Translations under genes and position numbers: made by a program | Notes under the pieces: model-generated | What the model was told of the DNA's origin: nothing | The model's database searches: none | Seen by the model: the letters and a program-made list of their open reading frames with translations, nothing else | Shown here: positions 48,016-57,973 of the stretch, in pieces | Layout of the letters: the number at the start of each line of letters is the position of its first letter | Position numbering within the stretch: the stretch's first letter is position 1 | Assembly (NCBI GenBank): GCA_903901335.1 | Contig: CAIUQR010000065.1 | Span: forward strand, 4,667-68,666 | DNA: 64,000 bases | From: an uncultured delta proteobacterium | GTDB taxonomy: Bacteria; Desulfobacterota; Desulfobulbia; Desulfobulbales; Desulfocapsaceae | Direction: 5' to 3'

Positions 48016-49296
48016 TCAAGCTGCATGTTTCTTTCGGAATTCGACGACATCACGCTCAAATCCGCCGGGAACCTCTTCATCCTGCCAGAAAACATAAGGG
48101 TTGGACCGAGGCTCTTTAACATGCTGCGGAATCGGCTCAATGCCCATGACCTTGATAAAGGTAGGCAGACCGACACGCTGCATGGTCTCACCGACACGCT
48201 CACGGTTCTTGCCGACTTCCATCCACCAATCCCAAACGGTTTCAATAAAGTTTACCAGTTCTTCGAAGTCATTGTCCTTGGAAACCTTCATGAAAGGTAC
48301 GATCAGGGTTGCAAACTGGGCGCCGTCCAGGATCGGGGCCTTGGCGCCGACACAGATGGTAGCGCCGGTGTCAACACCGGGGCGAAGGGCACGCGGCATA
48401 ACATTGATACAATGCATGCAACGGGTACACTCTTTATCATCTATCTTCAGCTGGCCGCCTTCCATCCACATACATTCTGTCGGACAAAGGCCGATGACCT
48501 CTTTCTGGATGTCGAACTTACCCCAATCACGTCCACTGTGAGCACCGCCGTTTGCCGGATAATTGCCGGCGATATATTCTTTTACGGCTGCCTGGTCGAT
48601 ACGGATATTATCCCTCCAGGTGCCGATAACGGCAATATCGGAGCGGGCAATTGCTGCTACGCAGTCATTGGCGCAACCGGAAAATTTAAACTTAAACTTA
48701 TAGGGGAAGGCAGGGCGATGAATCTCGTCCTGATATTTCATGGTCAGGAAATAACAGCACTCTTCTGTGTCATAGCAGGACCACTCGCAGCGGGACTGGC
48801 CGATACAGTTGGCCGGAGTACGCAGATTGGAGCCTGAGCCGCCGAGATCCTGATTCAGGTCATGGGTCATATCCCAGAATAAGGGCTCAAGATTTTCAGT
48901 CCGGGTACCGAGGAGGATGATATCACCGGTGGACCCATGGAAGTTGGTCATACCGGATCCATATTTCTCCCAGAGATCCATCAACGCGCGGAGATGCTTT
49001 GTGGAATAGTATTTCGATGACGGCTGGGCAACACGAACAGTATGAAAATGCTCAACACCCGGGAACCGCTTCGGTAGATCCGAATACCGTCCGACAATAC
49101 CACCACCGTAGCCAAAAACACCTACGATCCCACCGTGTTTCCAGTGGGAAATCCTGTCCGTATAAGACAATTCAAGCTGACCAAGAATATCCCAAACCTC
49201 GGGCTTGGTTTCGGCCTGGTGCTTCATGTCGGTAACGAAGCTTGGCCACGGGCCACTCTCCAATTGATCCAACAAGGGCGTTTCATGCTTTGCCAT
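48016..49296 (-). CDS. dsrA: Dissimilatory sulfite reductase alpha subunit
   Basis: The ATG at 49296 follows AAGGAGGAAATC and gives MAKHETPLLDQLESGPWPSFV. CTRCMHCINV ferredoxin-like insert. Confidence 0.95.
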   Translation of the reverse strand: MAKHETPLLDQLESGPWPSFVTDMKHQAETKPEVWDILGQLELSYTDRISHWKHGGIVGVFGYGGGIVGRYSDLPKRFPGVEHFHTVRVAQPSSKYYSTKHLRALMDLWEKYGSGMTNFHGSTGDIILLGTRTENLEPLFWDMTHDLNQDLGGSGSNLRTPANCIGQSRCEWSCYDTEECCYFLTMKYQDEIHRPAFPYKFKFKFSGCANDCVAAIARSDIAVIGTWRDNIRIDQAAVKEYIAGNYPANGGAHSGRDWGKFDIQKEVIGLCPTECMWMEGGQLKIDDKECTRCMHCINVMPRALRPGVDTGATICVGAKAPILDGAQFATLIVPFMKVSKDNDFEELVNFIETVWDWWMEVGKNRERVGETMQRVGLPTFIKVMGIEPIPQHVKEPRSNPYVFWQDEEVPGGFERDVVEFRKKHAA

Positions 49297-49561
49297 GATT
49301 TCCTCCTTTGAATTTCTATTAAACTGCAACCTTTACCTAACAAATAGACTATAACCAGATTCCGTCTCTAAACAACAGGCCGGATATGGTTGTACACCAG
49401 CCCAAACGACAAGAGAACTATGAAAAAATTACAGTATATTTCCCTGCAACTTAACATTTATGTATACTACATTGAGTAAATACCAGCCGATCCGCTGTCA
49501 GAACAACTCCGCTGGTTTTGCTTTGAGTTACTCGTAGATCACAACACATACAGTGTTCTAC

Positions 49562-49575
49562 TGAATAACCATTCA
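49562..49575. promoter_or_regulatory. Palindrome TGAATAACCATTCA (one mismatch to the atp operator), promoter-proximal dsrA site
   Basis: Read directly. On the minus strand it begins 7 nt downstream of the predicted dsrA -10. Confidence 0.5.
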
Positions 49576-49582
49576 GCGCGTG

Positions 49583-49611
49583 AGAATATCCGTGAACATC
49601 TCTTTTGTCAA
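49583..49611 (-). promoter_or_regulatory. Sigma70-type promoter of dsrABD
   Basis: The minus strand reads TTGACA (49611-49606), a 17-nt spacer, then TATTCT (49588-49583). This implies a leader of about 280 nt. Confidence 0.45.
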
Positions 49612-49641
49612 CAAAAAACCGAATTTGACTTATGCACAAAA

Positions 49642-49655
49642 TGAATGGTTATTCA
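49642..49655. promoter_or_regulatory. Palindrome TGAATGGTTATTCA, promoter-distal dsrA site
   Basis: Exact reverse complement of the 49562 site, 80 bp away. It lies 31 nt upstream of the -35. Confidence 0.5.
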
Positions 49656-49672
49656 TTGTTTATTCATACCTC

Positions 49673-51274
49673 TTATATCAGTTTGGTCGCCTGCAAAACG
49701 GCCATCTCCAAGGTGTTAGCCTGCGTCTTCCGCCCGTTCATATGCTTCAGAAATCGGCCTGCCAACACCTTGCCCAGCTGCACCCCTTCCTGATCGAATG
49801 AATTAATATCCCACAAGAATCCCTGAAAGACAATTTTGGCCTCGTAGAGCGCCAGAAGCGCCCCCATGGTGAGAGGGTTGAGTTGATCGGCCAAGATTAT
49901 GGAATTCGGACGGTTTCCCGGAAAATTTCGGTTCGGGTTGTCACTCGTTTGACCAGTGGCCATCGCAACCGATTGGGCCAGGAGGTTGGCAAGCAACTTG
50001 TGCTGGGAGGTAGTTCCGTCGATCACCAGATCCTCAGAATATTGGCTCTTCCGAAAGCCGATGAACTCCACCGGCACAATTTCTGTCCCCTGGTGGAGAA
50101 GTTGATAAAAGGCATGCTGTCCATTGGTCCCCGGCTCTCCCCAGAGTACGGGCCCGGTCTTAGCGGAAACAGGCCTGCCCTGCCGCGTTACCGATTTACC
50201 GTTGCTTTCCATATCGCACTGCTGCAGATGAGCAGGGAACCTGTGCAGGGCCTGACTGTACGGGAGCACGGCCAGGGTAGGTGCCTCCAGAAAATTATGG
50301 TTCCAGACACCCAGCAGGGCCAGGAGAAGGGGCATGTTCTCTTTAATGTGCGGGTTTTCCGCCACCATATCCATCATGGATGCCCCACGCAGAAAGTCCA
50401 TCACCTGGTCAAGGCCAAGGTAAAACCCCAGCATAACAACACCGACCATCGACGTAACACTGTAGCGACCACCGATATAATCGTACATATGAAAGGATCT
50501 CAGATACTTCTCAGGGTTATCCATTGGACTCCCCTCCCCGGTGACGGCAAGACAGTGAAGGGAGGGATCAAGGCCTGCATCGGTAAAGGCCCGGCGGATG
50601 ATCGTCTCGTTAGCCAGGGTTTCAAGCGTTGTCCCGCTCTTGGAGACGATATTGACAAGGGTCCTGCGAAGATCAACCTTCCTGAGGACACCTGCAGCAT
50701 CATCCGGATCCACATTGGAAATAAAAAAGACTTCCCGCCCTTGCAGTCCAAAAGGCCGCAAGGCCTCAAACATCGAGCGGGGGCCAAGATCGGAGCCGCC
50801 TATGCCGATATGGACCATAGTAGTGAAAGCTTCTTTTTGTTTGTTGCAGAGTTTGCCCTTCTCCACCTCTTCCAGAAAGGTTTTCACCTTCTCAATTTCT
50901 TTTCTCGCCTGGCCGGAGGCAGCCGGTTCCGCTGGCTTATCCGAGAAAAGATCCCGGCAGGCTGTATGCAACACCTGCCTGTTCTCGCTGGCAAATCCGG
51001 CAATGCTGTTCATGACCGCCCCTCTTCGCATAGCAGCGAACTGATGGATCAGCCCGCATTCATCAGCCAGTTCCTGCAGGCAGGCAAGCACCTGATCATC
51101 CACCCTTTGAGTCGCATAGTGAAGGGAGAGAACATCCGTCCGGCAGATATATCTGGTGAGTCTGCCGTCTTTAATCAGAGCATCGGGGGCCGTAAGATCA
51201 TAGGGGTTCCGCGCCAGTTCCAGCAGCCTTCGATAGGCTCCGGTATTCTGCCAGTCTTTCCAGTCGCTTTCCAT
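49673..51274 (-). CDS. pgi: Glucose-6-phosphate isomerase
   Basis: 533-aa ORF with IGIGGSDLGP, the GTLETL region and PGI family signatures. Confidence 0.93.
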   Translation of the reverse strand: MESDWKDWQNTGAYRRLLELARNPYDLTAPDALIKDGRLTRYICRTDVLSLHYATQRVDDQVLACLQELADECGLIHQFAAMRRGAVMNSIAGFASENRQVLHTACRDLFSDKPAEPAASGQARKEIEKVKTFLEEVEKGKLCNKQKEAFTTMVHIGIGGSDLGPRSMFEALRPFGLQGREVFFISNVDPDDAAGVLRKVDLRRTLVNIVSKSGTTLETLANETIIRRAFTDAGLDPSLHCLAVTGEGSPMDNPEKYLRSFHMYDYIGGRYSVTSMVGVVMLGFYLGLDQVMDFLRGASMMDMVAENPHIKENMPLLLALLGVWNHNFLEAPTLAVLPYSQALHRFPAHLQQCDMESNGKSVTRQGRPVSAKTGPVLWGEPGTNGQHAFYQLLHQGTEIVPVEFIGFRKSQYSEDLVIDGTTSQHKLLANLLAQSVAMATGQTSDNPNRNFPGNRPNSIILADQLNPLTMGALLALYEAKIVFQGFLWDINSFDQEGVQLGKVLAGRFLKHMNGRKTQANTLEMAVLQATKLI

Positions 51275-51298
51275 TTCAATTCTTGTCTCCGAAAAAAT

Positions 51299-51979
51299 TC
51301 ACCTGCGTCTGGCCGCTCCGGCAATCGCCAGGCCCTTCAGCTCATCAATGACCGTTGCATAGTCCGGGCTGCCGTAGACCGCCGATCCGGCAACAAAAAT
51401 ATTCACCCCGGCCTCAGCCGCAGCACCTATGGTCTGTCGGCTGATCCCTCCGTCCATTTCAATCCCCATCTGCAGACCAAGGGCATCGATTTGCTTCTTC
51501 AAGGCTCGTGCCTTGACAAGACTGGACGGGATGAAGGACTGGCCGCCGAAACCCGGATTGACGCTCATCAACATCACCAGGTCGACCTCCGGCAGGATAT
51601 AGTCGATGGTGGCAAGCGAGGTGGCCGGATTAAGCACGACGCCTGCCTTTTTCCCCAGTTCCTTGATACGGGAGATCGTCCGGTGCAGATGAGGGCAGGC
51701 CTCGACATGGACTGTTATCCAGTCTGCACCGGCATCCGCAAAAGAGTCTATATACAAGTCAGGATTTGCGATCATCAGATGGACGTCAAGGACCTTTCTT
51801 GTGGATTTCCTGGCAGCTGCCACCACCAGGGGCCCAATGGTGATATTCGGAACGAAATGACCGTCCATCACATCGATATGAATCACCTCGGCCCCGGCCT
51901 GATCGACCGCACCGATTTCTTCACCCAGACGGGAAAAATCAGCCGACAGGATGGAGGGTGCAATTTGAATTGACTGCAT
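51299..51979 (-). CDS. rpe: Ribulose-phosphate 3-epimerase
   Basis: The ATG at 51979 gives MQSIQIAPSILSADF. Also has HIDVMDGHFVPN. Confidence 0.93.
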   Translation of the reverse strand: MQSIQIAPSILSADFSRLGEEIGAVDQAGAEVIHIDVMDGHFVPNITIGPLVVAAARKSTRKVLDVHLMIANPDLYIDSFADAGADWITVHVEACPHLHRTISRIKELGKKAGVVLNPATSLATIDYILPEVDLVMLMSVNPGFGGQSFIPSSLVKARALKKQIDALGLQMGIEMDGGISRQTIGAAAEAGVNIFVAGSAVYGSPDYATVIDELKGLAIAGAARRR

Positions 51980-52033
51980 GTTGTTACCTATTAGTAAAAG
52001 AAAAACCCCGCTCAAAACCTGCCGGACAACTCA

Positions 52034-53164
52034 TCAAACTGCCTTGTGAGTGATGGAAGGCTCCTTCACACGCCGTACTTCGTCACCAGGGAGAATTTCT
52101 ACGAAACCGTCCAGCTCCAGAAACAACAGGAGTTCGTTTACCCGCCCAGTCGAAAAACCGGATTTTGTGATCAACGCATCTCTTGAGCAGGCATAGGAAT
52201 CAAGAGAGTTCAACAGAAAAAGGGCATCGGGCTCCAATATCGGAGAGATCTCCGCTCTGTTATCCGGAAAATCAGCCTTCTCCAGAGGTCTTCCGGGTCG
52301 CAATTCCTCCAGGACATCCTCAGCGGTCTGCACCAGTTTTGCCCCCTGCTTCAATAGCCAGTGTGTTCCTTCACTCTTGAAAGAGTCCACCTGCCCCGGA
52401 ACGGCGAAGACCTCTCTGCCTTCATCAAGGGCAAACTGAGCAGTGATCAAGGATCCGGATTTCCTGGCAGCCTCAACCACCACCACCCCCTGGCTCATCC
52501 CCGCTATTATACGGTTTCTGGCAGGAAAGCGAAAGCCTTCCGGACGGGTAGCGAGAGGATATTCACTGACCAGGGCGCCACTTTCCCGAATGCTGCGAAA
52601 AATCTTCGTGTTCTGAGCTGGGTAGACGACATCAAGCCCGCATCCCAGGACAGCAACTGTCCCCCCGCCAACCGAAAGGGCGCCGTTATGCGCCTCCACA
52701 TCGACCCCCAGGGCCAGACCGGAGACGATGGTCACCGACATCTCGGCAAGGTGTGCAGCAAGCGAAAAGGCGACGCGGCGGCCATACCCGCTTGCAGCCC
52801 TTGAGCCGACGATGGCAAGACAGCACCCGTTCAGCAGTTCCGTCCGTCCGTAGACATAGAGGACCGGCGGCGGATCGCTGATCTGTCTGAGCAGGTTTGG
52901 ATAGGCTTCATCCTCAGGGTTAATCGCCTGTCCGCCAAATCCAGCCAGCTGCACCAATTCCTGTTCCCCTCTTCGATAAAGAGGCCCCGATTGTCCAAGA
53001 CCGGCGACTTGACCCGCCCTGATCCCGGGGACCTGGAGAAGATCATGCCGGGAGGAGGACAACACCCGGTCCGGACCGCCGAGGTGATCCACCAGCCGCC
53101 AGTATCCTGAAACGCCGAGGCCCGGGGTGAGACTCAGGCTCACCCAATCAAGAATTTCAGCCAT
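52034..53164 (-). CDS. dprA: DNA-processing protein DprA
   Basis: 376-aa ORF with a Rossmann-like core (AIVGSRAASGYG, VSGLALGVD) and a C-terminal winged-helix-like tail. Confidence 0.9.
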   Translation of the reverse strand: MAEILDWVSLSLTPGLGVSGYWRLVDHLGGPDRVLSSSRHDLLQVPGIRAGQVAGLGQSGPLYRRGEQELVQLAGFGGQAINPEDEAYPNLLRQISDPPPVLYVYGRTELLNGCCLAIVGSRAASGYGRRVAFSLAAHLAEMSVTIVSGLALGVDVEAHNGALSVGGGTVAVLGCGLDVVYPAQNTKIFRSIRESGALVSEYPLATRPEGFRFPARNRIIAGMSQGVVVVEAARKSGSLITAQFALDEGREVFAVPGQVDSFKSEGTHWLLKQGAKLVQTAEDVLEELRPGRPLEKADFPDNRAEISPILEPDALFLLNSLDSYACSRDALITKSGFSTGRVNELLLFLELDGFVEILPGDEVRRVKEPSITHKAV

Positions 53165-53379
53165 ACCGTCACCTTCTCTCGAGCAGGAGCATGTTTATCA
53201 GCAGATGTCGTCCTGATCCAATCAGGTAAAAAAAACGAGGCCACATCATTGTTGCAAGACCAGGTGATAACCAACATTCACCTGCAACCCGTGAGGAAAG
53301 GAAAGCCGACAGCCATCCGAAAAGTACCCGGAGGGCATGGAGAGGAACTACCGAAAAGCTGATGGGTAACTACAATACC

Positions 53380-55023
53380 CTATCTGTCGACCATAAAAAC
53401 CCGCAACTCCTCAATCCTGGAGGGATGCTTCAGCTTTTGAATAGCCTGTGCCTCAATCTGCCGGATGCGCTCCCTTGTCACGGCAAAACACCGTCCGACC
53501 TCCTCCAGAGTATGATCACAGTCCAGATTGATACCGTACCGCATCCTCAGGACCTTCGCCTCTCGGGGCGAGAGTGAAGACATCACCTGACTCAGACATT
53601 CACGCAGACTTTCCACCATTGAGGCCTCATGCGGCCCAATCCGGCCGGCATCTTCAATGAAATCTCCAAGGAATGTCTCACCATCGTCGCCAACCGGCGT
53701 ATCCAGAGAAATCGCATCCTTGGCAATCTTCAGTGCCAGCTTGACCTTGCTCACTTCGGTCCCCAGGTGTTCTGCCATCTCTTCGGGGGTCGGCTCACGA
53801 TGCTCCTCAATAAGAAAATCTTTCGAGACCCTGAGCAGACGGTTAATGGTTTCAATCATATGAACGGGAAGACGGATCGTTCTGCCCTGATCGGCAATCC
53901 CCCTGGTTATCGATTGCCTGATCCACCAGGTTGCATAGGTACTGAACTTATAGCCCCGGTGATAGTCGAATTTCTCCACCGCCTTCATCAAGCCGATGTT
54001 CCCTTCCTGAATCAGATCCGAAAACTGCAGCCCGCGATTGACAAACTTTTTCGAAACCGAGATCACCAGACGCAGATTTGCCCGAACGAGGGATTCCTTC
54101 GCATGTCGTGCCATATCGCGTCCGGCCTCTATTTCATGGAGAACCTCCTTCAGAGTCTGATGGTCGATAGCTGCCTCATCCTGCAGCTGCCGGTTGACCT
54201 TGCGTTCAATTATCAGAGGGCTGAATTCCCTATCCACGCCCTTCACCGCCAGCTTATACTCCTGCATGACATCCACAAGGACCTGACGGAATCGCTGCGA
54301 CAGCTCCTCCAGACCGGAGGCCACGGTATTGATACAACTTGCGCAGAGTATCTTGTCCTGGAAAAGACGGGAGATATCCCGACCTGCGGCAATGATCTTC
54401 TGATATACCCCATCAGCCTCGATGGAACCATCTTCCAGGGAGAAAAACTCCTTGCGCAATGTCTCTCGTGACTCATCCAGCGCTATAGCCTTCTCAGCTC
54501 GATCCTGAAAATCCTGAAACTCCTTATCGATCAAACCTGTCTGACCATCCGGAATACCCAGGACCACATCATAAATCTTTCGCTGTCCATTTTTCAGCTC
54601 TTTGACAATTTCCTTAATGGCCGGAAGTGCAAGGGGGGTTGCCAGAACCGCATCCTGCACCCGGCGTTTCCCCTCCTCCATCATCCTCGCCAGCTTTAAT
54701 TCCTCTTCGTGGCTGAGCAGGGTGAGTGTCCCCATTTCCCGCAGATAGATATTCATAGGATCAATAGAATGCTTACTCTGCTTGGTCGAGGCCCGCGCAG
54801 TGCGCCTGCGATCGATTTTTCTACGATCGCTGAATATGTTGCTGCGTCTATCAGCTGCTTTGGGCGCGCTTCTCTCCTCATGACCATCCGGATCCGCTGA
54901 GCCATAACGATCAAAGTCGATAATTCCGGCCCAATCATCTATGGAAGACTCTTCTTCAACCGGATACAACTCATCACTGCTGGTCGATTCAGCATATTCC
55001 GGTCCATCCTTCTTGTGTACGGC
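53380..55023 (-). CDS. rpoD: RNA polymerase primary sigma factor
   Basis: Regions 1.2-4.2 are present ([35 protein letters not shown]). The track start is 55089. The ATG at 55023 follows AAAGGGGAT, so the start is uncertain within about 66 nt. Confidence 0.92.
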   Translation of the reverse strand, partial: AVHKKDGPEYAESTSSDELYPVEEESSIDDWAGIIDFDRYGSADPDGHEERSAPKAADRRSNIFSDRRKIDRRRTARASTKQSKHSIDPMNIYLREMGTLTLLSHEEELKLARMMEEGKRRVQDAVLATPLALPAIKEIVKELKNGQRKIYDVVLGIPDGQTGLIDKEFQDFQDRAEKAIALDESRETLRKEFFSLEDGSIEADGVYQKIIAAGRDISRLFQDKILCASCINTVASGLEELSQRFRQVLVDVMQEYKLAVKGVDREFSPLIIERKVNRQLQDEAAIDHQTLKEVLHEIEAGRDMARHAKESLVRANLRLVISVSKKFVNRGLQFSDLIQEGNIGLMKAVEKFDYHRGYKFSTYATWWIRQSITRGIADQGRTIRLPVHMIETINRLLRVSKDFLIEEHREPTPEEMAEHLGTEVSKVKLALKIAKDAISLDTPVGDDGETFLGDFIEDAGRIGPHEASMVESLRECLSQVMSSLSPREAKVLRMRYGINLDCDHTLEEVGRCFAVTRERIRQIEAQAIQKLKHPSRIEELRVFMVDR

Positions 55024-55203
55024 CATGATATCCCCTTTCATCAATTTTTCCGACTTCCGCATGCCCGATAAAGCGCACATTGTATCCATCGCCTCCGCAA
55101 CTTCAACTGGTATCGACTCTACACTATAGCAAATTAAATTTATTATTCAATAACCTCTTGAAAAATTTACCGGAAAATGAAATTTTCCTGGATGAGGGGC
55201 ACC

Positions 55204-57018
55204 TCAACCGACTATCCCCCGCAGTTCTCTGTCCACCTTCTGTTTCTGCTGCAGCAGGACTTCCAGAGCCCCAGGATCGGAATCCCGCTTGATATCATTG
55301 ATTTTTTTAAGCAATTCATCAGACAGTCGCTTCAACTGCTCCATCTTCAACCATTCCATCAATTCACCGATCTCACTCTCCGGGCCATCTTCATCAGGAC
55401 TGTGATGATTCAACGACGGTGCCTTCAACAGCATTTCGGTCACAAAATCGCGTTCCGCCCCGTCCGGCAGGACCGTTAACAGGTCTTCCGGCTGCACCTC
55501 TCCTCCTCTTTCCAGCAAAGTTCGAATCTGTAAAAAGAGAACCTCGCCGATCCCGCCAGCCAGATATTCCCTGATCCCCACCGCCTCCAACCGGGGCAAG
55601 GCAAAGGGATACATGACCAGAAAACCAGCCAGACGTTTCTGGGCAGGGCTGAGCGCCATCTCCTTCTTTGAAACAATGGAGGAGACAAGAGGCGGATTTA
55701 TCTCCCTTTCGCCAGCCAGCGACACAGCAAGCTGCTCCGCTGAAATTCCCAGTTTCTCGCCGAAGTGGGATATCACCACGGAACGTTGCAAAGGAGATTC
55801 CGCCGCCTTCACCAGAGGGCGCAGTTCTTCAATGATCCGGCTTTTACCGGTCAGGGTCAGGCCATGTTCCTTGACCAGCTGGGTGAAGATAAATTCGGCC
55901 AGCGGCTCAGAGTGGTCGAGAAGGGCGGTGAGCTCGCCCAGCCCCTTTTCCCGAATAAAGGTATCCGGGTCGTGCCCTGAAGGCAGGAGAGCCACTCTTC
56001 CTTCCATCTGCTCGGCCAGAAAAAGGGGAACAGACCGGACCGCAGCCTTCATGCCGGCAGCATCGCCATCGAAGAGGAGAATGACCGTATCCGCCAGGTG
56101 TTTCAGTATTCGAATCTGCGCCTTCGTAAGCGCAGTCCCGAGGGGTGCCACCACGTTATCGCAACCATTGGCCACAAGCGAGATCATATCGAAATTGCCT
56201 TCAACCAGAACAACCCGCCGCCGCTGGCGGATGGCCTCCTTCTGTTGAAAAAGGCCCAGTAACAATTTGCTCTTGTTGAAAACCGGACTTTCCGGAGAGT
56301 TCATATACTTCGGCTGCCCTTCGCCGACGATACGCCCGCCGAAACCGGCTATACGCCCGTCACTCTCATAAATCGGGAAAAGAATACGATCACGGAAACG
56401 GTCATAGTCGCCACCTCGTTCTTTTTTTACCAGAAGGCCGGCCTCGACAGCCGCCGCCCGCTCCTCCGGGCCAAGCTGCCTGCCGAGAAAATCCCAGCCT
56501 GCCCTGTCCGCTGCAGGTGCATACCCAATGCCGAATCTCTGCTGGATTTCAGCCGAAACAGCCCGCTTCTGCAGATAGGCACGGGCCGGGGCCGCCTCCT
56601 GAGAATGCAGCAGACAGTGGCGAAAGATTTCCGCCGCCTTTTCATTGACCCGGTAGATGAGCTGACGCAGGTGTTTTCTTTTCTGCTCTTCAGGAGATAT
56701 CTGTTTTTCAGGTAACTCGATCTGATACCGGCGGGCCAGCTCTTTCAGTGCCCCCTGAAAATCGAGACTGTAGTACTTCATCATGAAGGAAAAGACATCT
56801 CCGGACTCTCCACAACCGAAGCAATGAAAAAACTGCTGCCCGGAATGCACCGAAAACGACGGGGTCTTTTCACCGTGGAAAGGGCAGAGGCCCAGATATC
56901 GCACACCACTGCGTTTCAGGTCAACACACTCGCTGATAATCTGCACGATATCGGCCCGTTCCTTCACCAGCGTCGCTATTTCTTCCCGTGTTTCTGTGTA
57001 TGCCATGTATTCGACCAT
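55204..57018 (-). CDS. dnaG: DNA primase
   Basis: 604-aa ORF with zinc ribbon CPFHGEKTPSFSV...CFGCG and a TOPRIM domain (LVEGNFD). An alternative ATG lies at 57006. Confidence 0.93.
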   Translation of the reverse strand: MVEYMAYTETREEIATLVKERADIVQIISECVDLKRSGVRYLGLCPFHGEKTPSFSVHSGQQFFHCFGCGESGDVFSFMMKYYSLDFQGALKELARRYQIELPEKQISPEEQKRKHLRQLIYRVNEKAAEIFRHCLLHSQEAAPARAYLQKRAVSAEIQQRFGIGYAPAADRAGWDFLGRQLGPEERAAAVEAGLLVKKERGGDYDRFRDRILFPIYESDGRIAGFGGRIVGEGQPKYMNSPESPVFNKSKLLLGLFQQKEAIRQRRRVVLVEGNFDMISLVANGCDNVVAPLGTALTKAQIRILKHLADTVILLFDGDAAGMKAAVRSVPLFLAEQMEGRVALLPSGHDPDTFIREKGLGELTALLDHSEPLAEFIFTQLVKEHGLTLTGKSRIIEELRPLVKAAESPLQRSVVISHFGEKLGISAEQLAVSLAGEREINPPLVSSIVSKKEMALSPAQKRLAGFLVMYPFALPRLEAVGIREYLAGGIGEVLFLQIRTLLERGGEVQPEDLLTVLPDGAERDFVTEMLLKAPSLNHHSPDEDGPESEIGELMEWLKMEQLKRLSDELLKKINDIKRDSDPGALEVLLQQKQKVDRELRGIVG

Positions 57019-57149
57019 GAAAAAGAAAGATGAATCTCCTGACGAAAAGCACTATAATAGGCATGCGGCCCGTCTGCCAGACATTAAATGAGCGGCATCC
57101 CCTTCCCGCCCGGGGCCGACACCCTGATCACAGGCACAAGAGGGATGAT

Positions 57150-57869
57150 ATGGAAGACCTGAGCAATATTCTGACCTTCGAGGTAAAAAAAGAGATCGCG
57201 GACCGTTATTTCGGCTTCCGGAAGATCATCGAGGAGGACACAAACCTCTACCGGCAGAAGATCATCGCCCTCTCCCTTGACCTGGAAAACAGCATCGGCT
57301 TCGATCTGGTCCGGATCTACACCCTCCTCCAGGAAGACGATCTGATCTATAGTTTTTTCAAGATATCCGGCCTCTCGGAGAGATTTTTCTACGATTCCTA
57401 TATCAACAAATCGCCAGCCGTCCGCAAGCGCATCTTCTGCGGCCGGAAGATCCGCGGCCTGACCAGGTGGTCCTGTTTTAAAAACATGTTCTTCGACACC
57501 TATACCATCCTGCACGACCATATCATCGACTACAGGACAGCACTCTGCCGCCTGATCGAGGACCATGATACCCTCCGTGAGCAGATCAACCTTTTCTACA
57601 GGAAGAACGACATCACCGGAATCATGCAGTTCCTGCGCGGACTCGACAGATGCTCGACCGGGGACACCGAAGCACTCAAGCCTGCACCGGAGGCGAATTT
57701 TCAATGCTGCCTCGATGATAAGCTGCGCCTGCATCCTCCGGACCCGGTAGAAGAACTCCTGCCGATCATCCCTGCAATCCCGCCGTTAAAAGAGGTCCGT
57801 GCAGCCTTAAAAGAGATCCTCCTTCTGTCATGGTCGAGACAACCGGACCTTGACCTGCGCCACATGTGA
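57150..57869 (+). CDS. Hypothetical protein
   Basis: The track ORF starts at 57030. The ATG at 57150 (MEDLSNILTFEVKKEIADRYFG) removes an Arg/His-rich extension. No motif recognised. Confidence 0.5.
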   Translation: MEDLSNILTFEVKKEIADRYFGFRKIIEEDTNLYRQKIIALSLDLENSIGFDLVRIYTLLQEDDLIYSFFKISGLSERFFYDSYINKSPAVRKRIFCGRKIRGLTRWSCFKNMFFDTYTILHDHIIDYRTALCRLIEDHDTLREQINLFYRKNDITGIMQFLRGLDRCSTGDTEALKPAPEANFQCCLDDKLRLHPPDPVEELLPIIPAIPPLKEVRAALKEILLLSWSRQPDLDLRHM

Positions 57870-57973
57870 TCATGCACCTCCGGCGGTATCCCTGATAAGC
57901 ATTCCGCCGATTAACGGCTGTCTCAAGACAGGCGATTTTGTGACAGGAAACTGACAGGCAACCGCAGGCTGGA

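Noticed and set aside
49451-49639. 62-aa minus-strand ORF inside the dsrA upstream region
   Set aside because: It lies within the predicted long dsrA leader and would start upstream of the predicted TSS. It has a Cys/His-rich odd composition, no SD, and overlaps the operator dyad. It is more likely non-coding leader sequence.
49883-51973. 696-aa plus-strand ORF, the longest unannotated ORF in the track
   Set aside because: It is entirely antisense to pgi and rpe, both of which have unmistakable family motifs, and it runs straight through their intergenic gap. Its translation is Arg/Gly/His/Pro-rich low-information sequence typical of a shadow frame opposite codon-biased genes. It has no SD or recognisable domain.
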